Source: a virus. From it: a stretch of 64,000 nucleotides of DNA. The stretch's first letter is position 1; each line of letters starts with the position of its first letter. Location: positions 10,260 through 74,259 of the IMG/VR virus record IMGVR_UViG_3300037200_000067; one strand, 5' to 3'. The notes below the pieces were generated by a model. The model did not search any database, was not told where the DNA came from, and saw only the letters and a program-made list of their open reading frames with translations. This document shows, piece after piece, positions 1-9,400 of this stretch. The position numbers were made by a program, and so were the translations under genes.

Positions 1-76
1 TGATCGGCGATGCCAACGAACTTGAGGTGCTTGATCCGGAGAGTGCCAAGCCGGCGCCGAAGGCCAAAGTCGCTGC

Positions 77-421
77 GTGATGGGCGAAGCATCCGCTCCC
101 GAACTTGAGAAGATCGCAGAGCGCGATCAGATCAAGCTCAACGTGAGCCTGACGGGAAAGCTGCCAAAGCTTCCGCCGTGGGTTCGGGAACGGAAATTCA
201 GATCGATGGGCGACGTGCTGCGGATCAGCGATTTAGTTGACCTGACAAAGGCGCATCCGTTCGTCGACCACGAGTACGTCAAGACGCGGATGGCCCAAGG
301 CGCGAAGCTGATCTGGTTTGAGATTCAGTGCTCGTGGGAAGATGCGGAAGCGCAGTTCGGGCGCGACCCGACAGAGTTTCTTCGCCACACGACGATGCGT
401 GAGATCAAGCAGCTATGGTGA
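77..421 (+). CDS. hypothetical protein (head region)
   Basis: ORF overlaps the stop of an upstream partial gene; no recognisable motif. Confidence 0.55.
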   Translation: MMGEASAPELEKIAERDQIKLNVSLTGKLPKLPPWVRERKFRSMGDVLRISDLVDLTKAHPFVDHEYVKTRMAQGAKLIWFEIQCSWEDAEAQFGRDPTEFLRHTTMREIKQLW

Positions 422-431
422 GGGGTTCCGG

Positions 432-794
432 GTGCCGACGCAGCAGAACTTCTCAGTCCCCTCTGGCGATGATCGGCAGGTCGAATTCACGATAGCTGCG
501 GCTGACATGCCATCTGGAGATATCGTCGACGTCTACTGGCAAGCGTTTGATCAGGCCTACGGCGTTCCGACGTCCACCGTTCCCGTTGTCCAGAAGACGA
601 GTGAAGGAAGCCCCGGCGACATCGACTATCCTGCGAGTCCTGGCGACGTCTTCACCGTCGATTTCATCCCGGCAGACACGAGCACGCTTCTCGGAAACTA
701 CTATCACGAAGCGCGTGTGGTCGACGGGAGCGGGAATATCTCGACGGTGATCTATGGCGTCATGACCGTGACGCAAACGGAGGTGGTCACATGA
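432..794 (+). CDS. putative virion structural/adaptor protein (beta-rich, BppU-N-like)
   Basis: GTG at 432 after GAGGGG; acidic beta-rich sequence ending ...GNYYHEARVVD...YGVMTV. Confidence 0.55.
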   Translation: MPTQQNFSVPSGDDRQVEFTIAAADMPSGDIVDVYWQAFDQAYGVPTSTVPVVQKTSEGSPGDIDYPASPGDVFTVDFIPADTSTLLGNYYHEARVVDGSGNISTVIYGVMTVTQTEVVT

Positions 795-1042
795 GCACGC
801 ACAATCACATTTTCACGCCGTTCTCGATCTTGGACCCGGCCCTGATGCGCAAGCAGATCGAAACCGCTCTGGACGAGCACAGTCTGTTCACGCCGGTCAT
901 GGCCCTGAGCGACACGCTGATGCAGACCGCCATTCAGACCGCGACGGGCCGCGATACGATCTTCGCAATTCGAGGCCTGACCGACCCGCAATGGACGCCT
1001 GACGCTCTCGCTGCGGCGATGGGCCTCGATACGAGCCCGTAA
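791..1042 (+). CDS. hypothetical virion-associated protein
   Basis: ATGA overlap with upstream gene, GGAGG RBS; N-terminus resembles that of the next gene. Confidence 0.6.
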   Translation: MSTHNHIFTPFSILDPALMRKQIETALDEHSLFTPVMALSDTLMQTAIQTATGRDTIFAIRGLTDPQWTPDALAAAMGLDTSP

Positions 1043-1053
1043 GGAGATAGCCG

Positions 1054-2790
1054 ATGACGACCGTCGTTCTCACGCCGCAAGACTTTCTCGACCCTGTCGC
1101 GCTCGCGAATAAACTCGCGGCTGCGATCAATGAAGGCGACGGCGCAGGGCTGGAAGGCTTCACCGCAACCTATGTCGCGGAGCCGTATGATGGCGCGACG
1201 AATCCAGCCGGCGTCCTTCAAGCGTATGACGGCACGGACGCGACAGACCCGGTTGACGTCGTGCTCATGCCGGGCGGTCAGCGCGAAGGTGAGCCTGACG
1301 GCAACATCACCTACGGCGCGATCCAGGCGACGCTTTCCGATGGCACGCCAATTGGCGGCAATCAGCGTGGGACTGGCGCGGTCGATTTTCAGATGTTCCG
1401 CACTGATCCGTCGCAAGTCGCGTCGGGCATTTCGGCTTTCGCAGCGGGATCGGCGAACGTCGCGTCGGGCTGGATTTCGACGGCTTTTGGCGACGCCAAT
1501 GAGATCACGGGGTTTATCTCTTACGGCGAGGGTTCGGGCAACGTCGAGGCAGGGTCGATCAATCACGTCGAAGGGGCCGACAATACCGCTGACGGAACCT
1601 ACGTCCACGTCGAAGGTGAGGGCAACAACGTCGGTGGCGTGTCTATGCACGTCGAGGGCTCAGGCAACACGGCAGAAGGCGAGCTTCAGTACGTCCACGT
1701 CGAAGGCTACCAGAACACCGTCAACAACAGCTATTCCCATGCTGAGGGCAGTGGCAACACGATCAACGCTGGGGGCGCGTATTCGCACGTCGAGGGGAAT
1801 GGCAACTCGACGTCGGGGAACGCAGCGCACGCTGAAGGCTCTGGAACGCAAGCCAACGGCGCGCAATCGCACGCCGAAGGTTCTGGTACGCTGGCGGAGA
1901 GTATTGGCGATCACGCGGAGGGGGTGAACACCGCCGCAAATAGCGCGGGAGGCGGCGGTGCGCACGCGGAGGGACTCAGCACGGCGGCAAGTGGACCACA
2001 ATCCCATGCCGAAGGGAATACGACGCAAGCGCTGAGTAATGGTGATCACGCCGAGGGTTACAACACGACCGCCAATAGCGGAGGCGACGGAAATTATGGT
2101 GCGCATGCCGAAGGCGATTCGACACAAGCGCTAAACGACGGGGCGCATTCTGAGGGCGGCTACACGGTTGCGTCTGGCTACAATTCCCACGCCGAAGGAC
2201 AAAGTACGGTTGCCGCAGGAGACTCATCGCGCGCCGAAGGCATAAATACGGCGGCATATGGCTACGCGTCAAGGGTTGAGGGCAACTTCGCGACAGATTA
2301 TGGGGTTTCAGGCGTAAGCGTTCGGGGCGCTTATGGCAGCAGCATCTTAGGTCACGCGCAGTCTACTATCGCCCTGTTCGTCACCGAGACCGAAGACGCC
2401 ACTCCGACCGTGATGACGATCGACAACCAAGACCCTTCGACGATCAATCAGGTCATTCTCGGCCAAGACAACGCGCTGTACTTCGCTGACGTGTACCTGA
2501 CGGGCAAAGTCACAGGCGCAAGCGATTGGGTATCAATTTGGGCGCAGGTCACGGCGCAACGCGGAACAGGGGCCGCGTCCGTCACAATTCCCACCTCAGT
2601 CGGAGGCACAAATCCGGCGCTCGCGTTGACCAGCTACGGAAGCGTCACTGGCTTGACGTGGGGTTCCGGAAGCCCTCTCGCGCTCGTTGCTGACACCGAC
2701 AACGGCGCGCTTCAGATTCAAATCACAGGCGCAGCCGATACAAACATCCAGTGGTATGCCGAAGTCCGCACCCGCGAACAAGTATTCTGA
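1054..2790 (+). CDS. fibre/adhesin protein with (S/A)HAEG beta-roll repeats
   Basis: AGGAG RBS; many ~14-aa xHxEGxxN/T repeats typical of YadA-head/Hep-Hag-like phage fibres. Confidence 0.8.
   Translation: MTTVVLTPQDFLDPVALANKLAAAINEGDGAGLEGFTATYVAEPYDGATNPAGVLQAYDGTDATDPVDVVLMPGGQREGEPDGNITYGAIQATLSDGTPIGGNQRGTGAVDFQMFRTDPSQVASGISAFAAGSANVASGWISTAFGDANEITGFISYGEGSGNVEAGSINHVEGADNTADGTYVHVEGEGNNVGGVSMHVEGSGNTAEGELQYVHVEGYQNTVNNSYSHAEGSGNTINAGGAYSHVEGNGNSTSGNAAHAEGSGTQANGAQSHAEGSGTLAESIGDHAEGVNTAANSAGGGGAHAEGLSTAASGPQSHAEGNTTQALSNGDHAEGYNTTANSGGDGNYGAHAEGDSTQALNDGAHSEGGYTVASGYNSHAEGQSTVAAGDSSRAEGINTAAYGYASRVEGNFATDYGVSGVSVRGAYGSSILGHAQSTIALFVTETEDATPTVMTIDNQDPSTINQVILGQDNALYFADVYLTGKVTGASDWVSIWAQVTAQRGTGAASVTIPTSVGGTNPALALTSYGSVTGLTWGSGSPLALVADTDNGALQIQITGAADTNIQWYAEVRTREQVF
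1561..2286 (+). repeat. coding tandem repeat, ~14-aa HVEG/HAEG units
   Basis: recurrent cacgtcgaagg/cacgccgaagg at ~42-nt period. Confidence 0.9.
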
Positions 2791-2805
2791 GACAGGAGAA
2801 ACCCG

Positions 2806-3339
2806 ATGGCTTGGTCCGTCCTCATCAATAATAAGGCCGTCGAAATGGCCCCGCCCGACGCCGCCGCGATTACCGCCGCGCAGGCGAAGATTACAGCACA
2901 GAACACGGTCGCGCCCGTCGCGCCGACAATCCCGCAGACCGTCTCCTATCGTACGTTCATGTCGCGGATCACGCCTGCGGAGAGCGCCGCGATTACGACC
3001 GAAGCGGCCAAGCAACTCGCGGCCTCCGCGCAGGCGACGCAACTCACGCGCTGGTGGTCGCGCGTCCAGAAACAGCGCGGGATTATGATGCTCAACCGAC
3101 CGGACGTGCAGGCGGTCGAGCAGAACCTCGTGGACAACGGCGTGCTGACGATCGCGCGCGCGGCAGTCTTGTTCGCGGTCGGGACGGGCATGGGCGCTGG
3201 CGTCGGCCCGAAGGCCAAGCACTACGGGGCCACGGGAGCCACAGGGGCGACCGGAACGCACGCAGGCCACACCGGCGCGCGCGGCGGCGCGACGGGCGCC
3301 ACAGGCGCCACAGGCGCGACTGGCGCGGCTGGCGCGTAA
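2806..3339 (+). CDS. small protein with C-terminal collagen-like (GAT)n tail
   Basis: AGGAG RBS; C-terminus GATGATGATGT...GATGATGATGATGAAGA. Confidence 0.75.
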   Translation: MAWSVLINNKAVEMAPPDAAAITAAQAKITAQNTVAPVAPTIPQTVSYRTFMSRITPAESAAITTEAAKQLAASAQATQLTRWWSRVQKQRGIMMLNRPDVQAVEQNLVDNGVLTIARAAVLFAVGTGMGAGVGPKAKHYGATGATGATGTHAGHTGARGGATGATGATGATGAAGA

Positions 3340-3354
3340 CAAGAGGCCGCTCCC

Positions 3355-3726
3355 ATGCCGTCAACGACCGTCACGGCCCAAAACGTTCGCCTGCGCTTTC
3401 CGGAATTCGGAACGCAAACCGACGCCGCGATCGAATTCGCCATCGAGGATGCTTTGCGCGTCGGCGACGCAGCGACGCTCGGCCTCGATTACACGCGCTT
3501 CATCATGTACATGGCCGGGCATATCCTGATGGTCGGGATTTCCCGCGCGGAAAGCGCCAGCGGGCTTCAGATCGCCTCCGAAAGCATGGATGGCATCGGC
3601 GACATTACCTACCAGACCAACAGGCAGCCGACGATGGCTGATCTCAACGACTGGACCACCACACCCTACGGGACAATGTGTCTCGACATCGTCAAACGTC
3701 AAATCCCGGCCGTGATGGTGATCTGA
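3355..3726 (+). CDS. head-tail connector/adaptor (DUF4054-like)
   Basis: RFPEF, GHIL and WTTTPYG motifs; position. Confidence 0.75.
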   Translation: MPSTTVTAQNVRLRFPEFGTQTDAAIEFAIEDALRVGDAATLGLDYTRFIMYMAGHILMVGISRAESASGLQIASESMDGIGDITYQTNRQPTMADLNDWTTTPYGTMCLDIVKRQIPAVMVI

Positions 3727-3727
3727 C

Positions 3728-4099
3728 GTGAGCAGCATCGTTCCCCCGCGCAACTGGCAGCAGACGGCCACCGTCTTCTCAAACCTGATTCAGCGCTGGG
3801 GCATGCAGGCTCAACTCGTTCGCGCGGCCGGCGCGCGCTGGGTGACGATCGCCCAAGCAAGGTTCACCTCGACCGAAAAGTCCGGCAAGCTCTATCAGCC
3901 CACTGATCGCAAATTCGCGATGGCCTCTGCTGGGCAGACGATCGCGCCCGACATGCAGGAAGACCACCTGCTGACGTTCACGCAGACCGGCGACCCGAAT
4001 GCTCTCATTCCCGACGAAAACCTGAAGCTGGTCATCCCGCCAGAGCGTATCGCGCCGGGCGGGATTCTGATCGGCTGGACTCTCTGGGTGAGAAAATGA
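3728..4099 (+). CDS. putative head-closure protein
   Basis: size and synteny between adaptor and tail terminator. Confidence 0.55.
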   Translation: MSSIVPPRNWQQTATVFSNLIQRWGMQAQLVRAAGARWVTIAQARFTSTEKSGKLYQPTDRKFAMASAGQTIAPDMQEDHLLTFTQTGDPNALIPDENLKLVIPPERIAPGGILIGWTLWVRK

Positions 4100-4587
4100 T
4101 CGACGCGCGCGAGCAGATCATCCTTCGCCTGGTTGAACTGCTGGGCAGCGTCAGCGGCATCACCGCCGTTTATCGCGATCGTGGTCAGACGACGGAAGAC
4201 AGCCTGCCCGCCGCTTACGTGCTCGACGGTGAGGAAACGATTCCGCAAGAAGCGCGCGACGGGATATTTCGCAGCAAGAGCGTCAAAATGCGCCCGACGC
4301 CGATGACGCTGAGGCCGCAGATTTTCATCCTGCTGAAGCCGCGCGACACGGTTCTCAACCTGACCTTGGACAACGTATCGGCCCCAATCGGCCCGGAACT
4401 GAGCGCCTATCGTTTTCAAGTCCTGTCAGCAATTGTTAACGATCCTACGCTCTTAGGTTTGCTGACGACCAACGGGCAGATGATTTATCTCGGGTGCGAC
4501 ACGGATATGCAGACCATGAGCGCGATGAACGGCTCTCTTCAGATGCACTTCGAGTTCACATACTTTCTTGACATGCCGCGAGGCTAA
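4096..4587 (+). CDS. putative tail terminator protein
   Basis: REQIILRL N-terminus, LPA motif, FEFTY C-terminus; directly before tail tube. Confidence 0.65.
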   Translation: MIDAREQIILRLVELLGSVSGITAVYRDRGQTTEDSLPAAYVLDGEETIPQEARDGIFRSKSVKMRPTPMTLRPQIFILLKPRDTVLNLTLDNVSAPIGPELSAYRFQVLSAIVNDPTLLGLLTTNGQMIYLGCDTDMQTMSAMNGSLQMHFEFTYFLDMPRG

Positions 4588-4598
4588 AGGAGAACACC

Positions 4599-5135
4599 AT
4601 GGCTGTTGTACCCACCTATGCCTCGCCGAATATCGGCAACTATTATATCGGGCGTGGCATCGTTTCGATCAAAGTGCAGGGCGAAAGCGAGTTTTCGGAC
4701 GCCGGCAACTGCACGCAATGCGAGGTCACCGTCAAGCCGACGATCCTGCCGCATTTCTCCTCGCGCGTCGGGACGCGCTTCAAGGACTTCACCGCCGTCA
4801 CCGAAATCGAAGCGACGATGATGTGCTCGCTCGAAGAGTTCACGGCGCGCAACCTCGCCTTCGCCCTCCTCGGCATTCCGCAGGAATCGGGTGTCGTCTC
4901 GATCGATATGTTCGCGCAGCCGCAGTATTACGCGGCGATGCAGTTCGTCGGCACGAATACGGTCGGCCCGCAGTGGTCGCTCGAAATGCCGCTGGTCCAG
5001 TTATCGCCGCAGAAGGCGATCTCGCTCATCGCGCAGGGTTCGGGAACCTGGGGCACGATCGACCTCCAGTGCGACGTGCTGAAAGACCCGGTCACCGGCC
5101 AGTTCTGCATCGCCACCGCGAGCGACTTCACCTGA
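4599..5135 (+). CDS. major tail tube protein
   Basis: NYYIGRG...GNC...HFSSR motifs, strong RBS, precedes chaperone and tape measure. Confidence 0.75.
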   Translation: MAVVPTYASPNIGNYYIGRGIVSIKVQGESEFSDAGNCTQCEVTVKPTILPHFSSRVGTRFKDFTAVTEIEATMMCSLEEFTARNLAFALLGIPQESGVVSIDMFAQPQYYAAMQFVGTNTVGPQWSLEMPLVQLSPQKAISLIAQGSGTWGTIDLQCDVLKDPVTGQFCIATASDFT

Positions 5136-5182
5136 TCTGACGACCCGTAGGCCAAAAAACAAAAAATACTCTGGAGAACGCA

Positions 5183-5647
5183 ATGCCGGGACCGATCGGT
5201 ATTATGGACCTCGTAAGGCAGACCAAACAAGTCGACATCGGCGGGGGCAACCTCCTCGAAGTCGGCGGCATCAACGCCGAAGACGTGGTGGGGCTGATGA
5301 AGCGCTTTCCCGATCTTCAAGCGCTCATTCGCGGGATGGAGACTTCATTCGAGGCGATCCGCGACGCGGTTCCGGGCGCCATCAACGCGATCATTGCGGC
5401 CGGGTGCGGTCTTCTCGGCAATCCGGAAGCGGAAGCGAAAGCGGGCCTCATTCCGATCGAGGCGCAACTCTCGGTCTTGGGCGCCATTGAAAAACTGACA
5501 TTCAGCGAGGGCTTTGGCCCTTTCGTCCTGAAGCTGCGGGCTCGGGCAGCCGCTTCCGCCCAAGCCACAAGGCCGCCGGCTATGAGATCGCCGAAAGCGT
5601 CGTCAAACTCATCCGCGATATCGGAGCAGCCGACGCTTACGCATTAG
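5183..5647 (+). CDS. tail assembly chaperone (gpG-like)
   Basis: position after tail tube; contains slippery heptamer. Confidence 0.75.
   Translation: MPGPIGIMDLVRQTKQVDIGGGNLLEVGGINAEDVVGLMKRFPDLQALIRGMETSFEAIRDAVPGAINAIIAAGCGLLGNPEAEAKAGLIPIEAQLSVLGAIEKLTFSEGFGPFVLKLRARAAASAQATRPPAMRSPKASSNSSAISEQPTLTH
5518..5524 (+). promoter_or_regulatory. -1 ribosomal frameshift slippery site C CCT TTC
   Basis: X XXY YYZ heptamer in the chaperone frame; -1 frame open 5491-5808. Confidence 0.75.
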
Positions 5648-5808
5648 TCTGGTCGATGACGCCGCGACGCATTGCGGCGTGGCTGTACTTTCTGGGCCGG
5701 ATTGAACTGAGGGAACAGCGCCGGCATGTGGTCGGCGTCGCTCTCGCGTCCCGGAGCGACAGCAAGGACATCAAAAACCAGATCGAGGCTTGGGACCGCG
5801 AGCTTTAA
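5521..5808 (+). CDS. frameshifted C-terminal extension of tail chaperone (gpGT-like), not in ORF track
   Basis: -1 frame reads FRPEAAG...ALVWSMTPRRIAAWLYFLGRIELRE...WDREL*. Confidence 0.7.
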   Translation, partial: FRPEAAGSGSRFRPSHKAAGYEIAESVVKLIRDIGAADAYALVWSMTPRRIAAWLYFLGRIELREQRRHVVGVALASRSDSKDIKNQIEAWDREL

Positions 5809-5871
5809 GACTTCAACGTGGAAACCGCCCGGTTCCGCGTTGGAGACCCGAAAGGGCGTTCTCCAGAACTT

Positions 5872-5900
5872 GCCGGGGGCTGTAAGGCTCCCGGCCTTTT
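5872..5900 (+). terminator. intrinsic terminator-like hairpin
   Basis: GCCGGGGGC-tgtaag-GCTCCCGGC followed by CTTTT. Confidence 0.55.
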
Positions 5901-5911
5901 GAGGACAAGCG

Positions 5912-6481
5912 ATGCCGACCGTCAGAATGTATCTCGGTGGTGATCGCATCGGGCCAAAGTTTCAGCGCTCAGTGTTTCGTCAAGGCGAACTGGTCCGCGA
6001 CGCCGCGCGCGCCGCCGCCGTGGATGCGGCGTTTGAAATCCAGCAACGCGGCGCGGCCGACATCGCAGGGTCTGGCAAGTTCGGATCACGCTGGACCGAG
6101 GGGCTGCACGAGACGGTCACGGAAGGCGGCGGCAATATCCGCATCGCCGTCACGCACGATATTGCTTTCTGGCCGGTCTTTGAGTTCGGCGCCACGATCA
6201 AGGGCAAGCCTCTTCTCTGGATTCCTATGTCGTTTGCCGATGATGCGCAAGGCGTCAGCGCGAAAGACTATCCCGGCGTCCTGTTCCGCGTCGATCGGAA
6301 GTCGGACGGTCTACCGTTGCTCTTGGCCGCAAGCGGCGTGAAGGGCGAGCCAGCGCAGGTCAAGTATTTCGCGAAATCGCAGGTGGTGATTCCACGCAAA
6401 TGGCATCTGCGTGATATCGTTCGCGACGTAGCGCGGCACATGGGGCAACTCTACAGGGCGAGGTTTACGAACCGTGGCTGA
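5912..6481 (+). CDS. putative tail completion/neck protein (HK97 gp10-like)
   Basis: basic protein with FEFGATI motif; unusual position before tape measure. Confidence 0.55.
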   Translation: MPTVRMYLGGDRIGPKFQRSVFRQGELVRDAARAAAVDAAFEIQQRGAADIAGSGKFGSRWTEGLHETVTEGGGNIRIAVTHDIAFWPVFEFGATIKGKPLLWIPMSFADDAQGVSAKDYPGVLFRVDRKSDGLPLLLAASGVKGEPAQVKYFAKSQVVIPRKWHLRDIVRDVARHMGQLYRARFTNRG

Positions 6482-9400
6482 CGCAGACAATATCGTCGTC
6501 GCGCTCGTCCTCGATGGCGTCGACAAGATCAAGTCTGACCTTCAGGCGGTCGCATCCGCTGTCAGCACGACTTTCAGCAACGTCCATGAGAGCCTAGCCG
6601 GCGTTTCCGAGCAACTTACGGCTGTCTCGACGAATATTCAGTCGACGGCCCAGACGACTGACGAGGTTTCCAAGCACGTCGAAAGTTCTGGCGATAAAGC
6701 CGAGGGCTTCGGCGCGAAGCTGAGCGAGGCCGGCCACAAGGGCGAGGAGGCGTTCAAAGGCGTCAATGCTGCTGTTCAATCGACGGTCGGCGCACTGAAT
6801 ACCTTGTCTGCGGAAGGGACGCTCAGCGCTCTTGAAGGGCTCGGCGAAGGCGTCGAAGCGGTCACGAGTCAATTCGGTACGTTCGGGCGCATCCTTGGTC
6901 TGACGGCGATCGGAGCCACAACCGTTGGCGTTGCGTTCGGCGCCGCGACTTACGGGCTTCTGGAATTCGGACGCGCTGGCGGCGAAGCGGCGCAAGAAAT
7001 CGTCCAACTCGCGCATATGACGGGTTCAAGCGTCGAGCAAATCCTCGCGCTTCAGGACACCATGACGAAGGCGGGTATTTCCGCCGGCAACATGGCGCAG
7101 ATGTTTCGGATCATGTCGATCCGCATTCAGGCGGTGTGGCCCGACATCGTTCGCGATGCGAGGGACGCGGCTGACAATCTGGCGAAGAACGATCTCGCGA
7201 TTGCCGCAGCGAGCCAGGGCGTCGTCACGGCGAAGATCAAGGAAGCCGAATCCGTCGTCAGCGCGGCCGAAGCGTCGCGCAGCGTCCTATCGGCGCAGGA
7301 CGCTGTCACGGAGGCGACGATCAAGGCGCGTGAAGCGGCGATCGATTACGCCGGTTCACAAGACAAATTGGCGCAGGCCGCGATCACGGTGCGGCAGGCG
7401 CAATTCGGCGTCATCGACGCCTATCGCGACGTCGAGCACCAGCAGCAGGACGCCCATTCGGCCGCTACAAGCGTGGCAGAGGCTGAGTACAATCTCTCGC
7501 TCGCGCAGGGCGGACGCAAGGACGCGCAACTCGAGAAGACGTTCAAAATCCAGCATGCCGAGGAGGCGCTCGCGCAGGCGCGCCAGCGCCAGGCTGAGGT
7601 GCAAGAGAACGCGCAAAAAAAACAGGCCGCATTCGAGGAAGCGCAAATCCATCTGCGCGACGCTGAGCGCGCGCGGGACAAGGCGACGCTCGACCAGAAA
7701 ACCTCACAGCTTCAATATCAGGCCGCCCAACGCGCGCCCGCGACGGCAGAGGCCAATTATGCGAAGGCGATCCTCGCTGAGGCGACCGCCAATCTCGAGA
7801 AGACGGCTGCGATCGATGGCGTCCGCAAGGCGACGATCGATCTCACCGACGCGCAGAACAAAGAGCACGACGACTTTGAGCACAGTTCGACGGCCGTCGC
7901 CGACCAACTGAACGGCTTCCGCAAAAACATCAACCTCACACAGGTCAATTCCGAGACGCTGTTCAAGGCCATGCTCAAAGGCTGGCATGACCAAGCGGGG
8001 GCTGCGGCGGATGCGGTGCCGACCGCCATTCAGGGCATCGATGCTCTGGCGAAATACTACAAAAAGCTCAGCGCTGAGCAGCGACAGTCTGTCGAGCGCC
8101 TAGCGTTTGGGCGCAATGCGACGCCGGAGGAAGACGAGTTTATCGCTGAACTGAATAGGCGTGGAGAGTCGCTTGATCAGGCGCTGAAAGACGCGTCACC
8201 AGATTTTGCGAAGCAGGCGAGGGACGTCAAGAAAGCCGCTGACGCCTACAAAGAACTGAACGCAGCGAGTGGGACGTTCCAATCCGACTTGAATGCCATG
8301 CTCCGGCCGATCCAGACCGATTTCATGAAGGGCTTCACGGGGAGCTTCAAGGAATTCGGCGAGACGCTCAAACTCAATGGTCCAGACATTGAGAAGTTCG
8401 GCCACGAGATCGCGGTCAATATTGTTCCCGTTATTCAGAGCGTGCTCGCACTCCTGACGGGCAACACGCCGAGGATGCCGTTCTTCAAGCACCTGGCGGA
8501 CGACGTTCAACTCGTCACGGGCCATATCAAGGAGCTTGCCGAGGTTCTAGCCGCGCTGTTCGCGATCGACCTTGGCGCTGGCCTACTCAAGAAGATCGGG
8601 ACCATAGGCACTGCGGTATCGGACGCGGCCAAATTGGCCAGAGAGGCGAATGTCGCTAGGCCCGGAAGTATCCCCGGCCTTCCCGAGGGTCGCATTCCGC
8701 CGGTGGTTCCCGTTCCTCCCGTGCCCGCTACAGGCATCGGGGCGCTTTTGGCGGAGCTTACCGCAGGATTCGTTCGGCTATTGCCGGCCATTTCCCGGTT
8801 CGGAATCGCGCTCACGCTTTTGGACCTTGGGATTCGCGGTGCAGTAACCGCTGACAAAAACACCGGCGCGCTCGCTGAGGAAAACCGCGCGCGCCAGCGC
8901 ATTGACACTGAGGCGGCAAGCGCGGGCCAAGAACTTGCGGCCGCGAAGTCTGGATATGACCCGAAAGAGATTGCCAAACGTGAGGCATTGATCGCCGCTC
9001 ATCCGGAACGGGCTCACGATCAGACCGACCGCGAGAATTTCCCAGACGTCGTGCGCGCGGAGGAACGCCTCGCGGAAGTCGCGCGCGCGCGGGCTGCGTC
9101 GGAAGCGCGCGTCAAAGCGATCAACGATCGCATCACAGGCCCCGCCCGCGTTGCTGAAGCCGTCGCCAAGCGAGCCGACGAAGAGAAAACGGGCGCTGCG
9201 TTGCTCAAAGGCGCGATGACGCCGCGTGAGGAAACGCCTGCCGAGGCTCCTGGGCCAGACAAAACCTATGGTGCGCTGACGGAAGGACTCGCATCGACAC
9301 ATGGCAGCGCGCCCGGCGCGCCACCGCCTACGGTCGTTCAGCCAAAGCCGGAAGACGTCACGGCGGGCCATCGCCAGTTCCAGATCATGCGCGGCGGCCA

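Noticed and set aside
1561-2286. Regular ~42-nt repeats as a CRISPR array or DGR repeats
   Set aside because: Degenerate in-frame coding repeats; no unique spacers, cas genes or reverse transcriptase.
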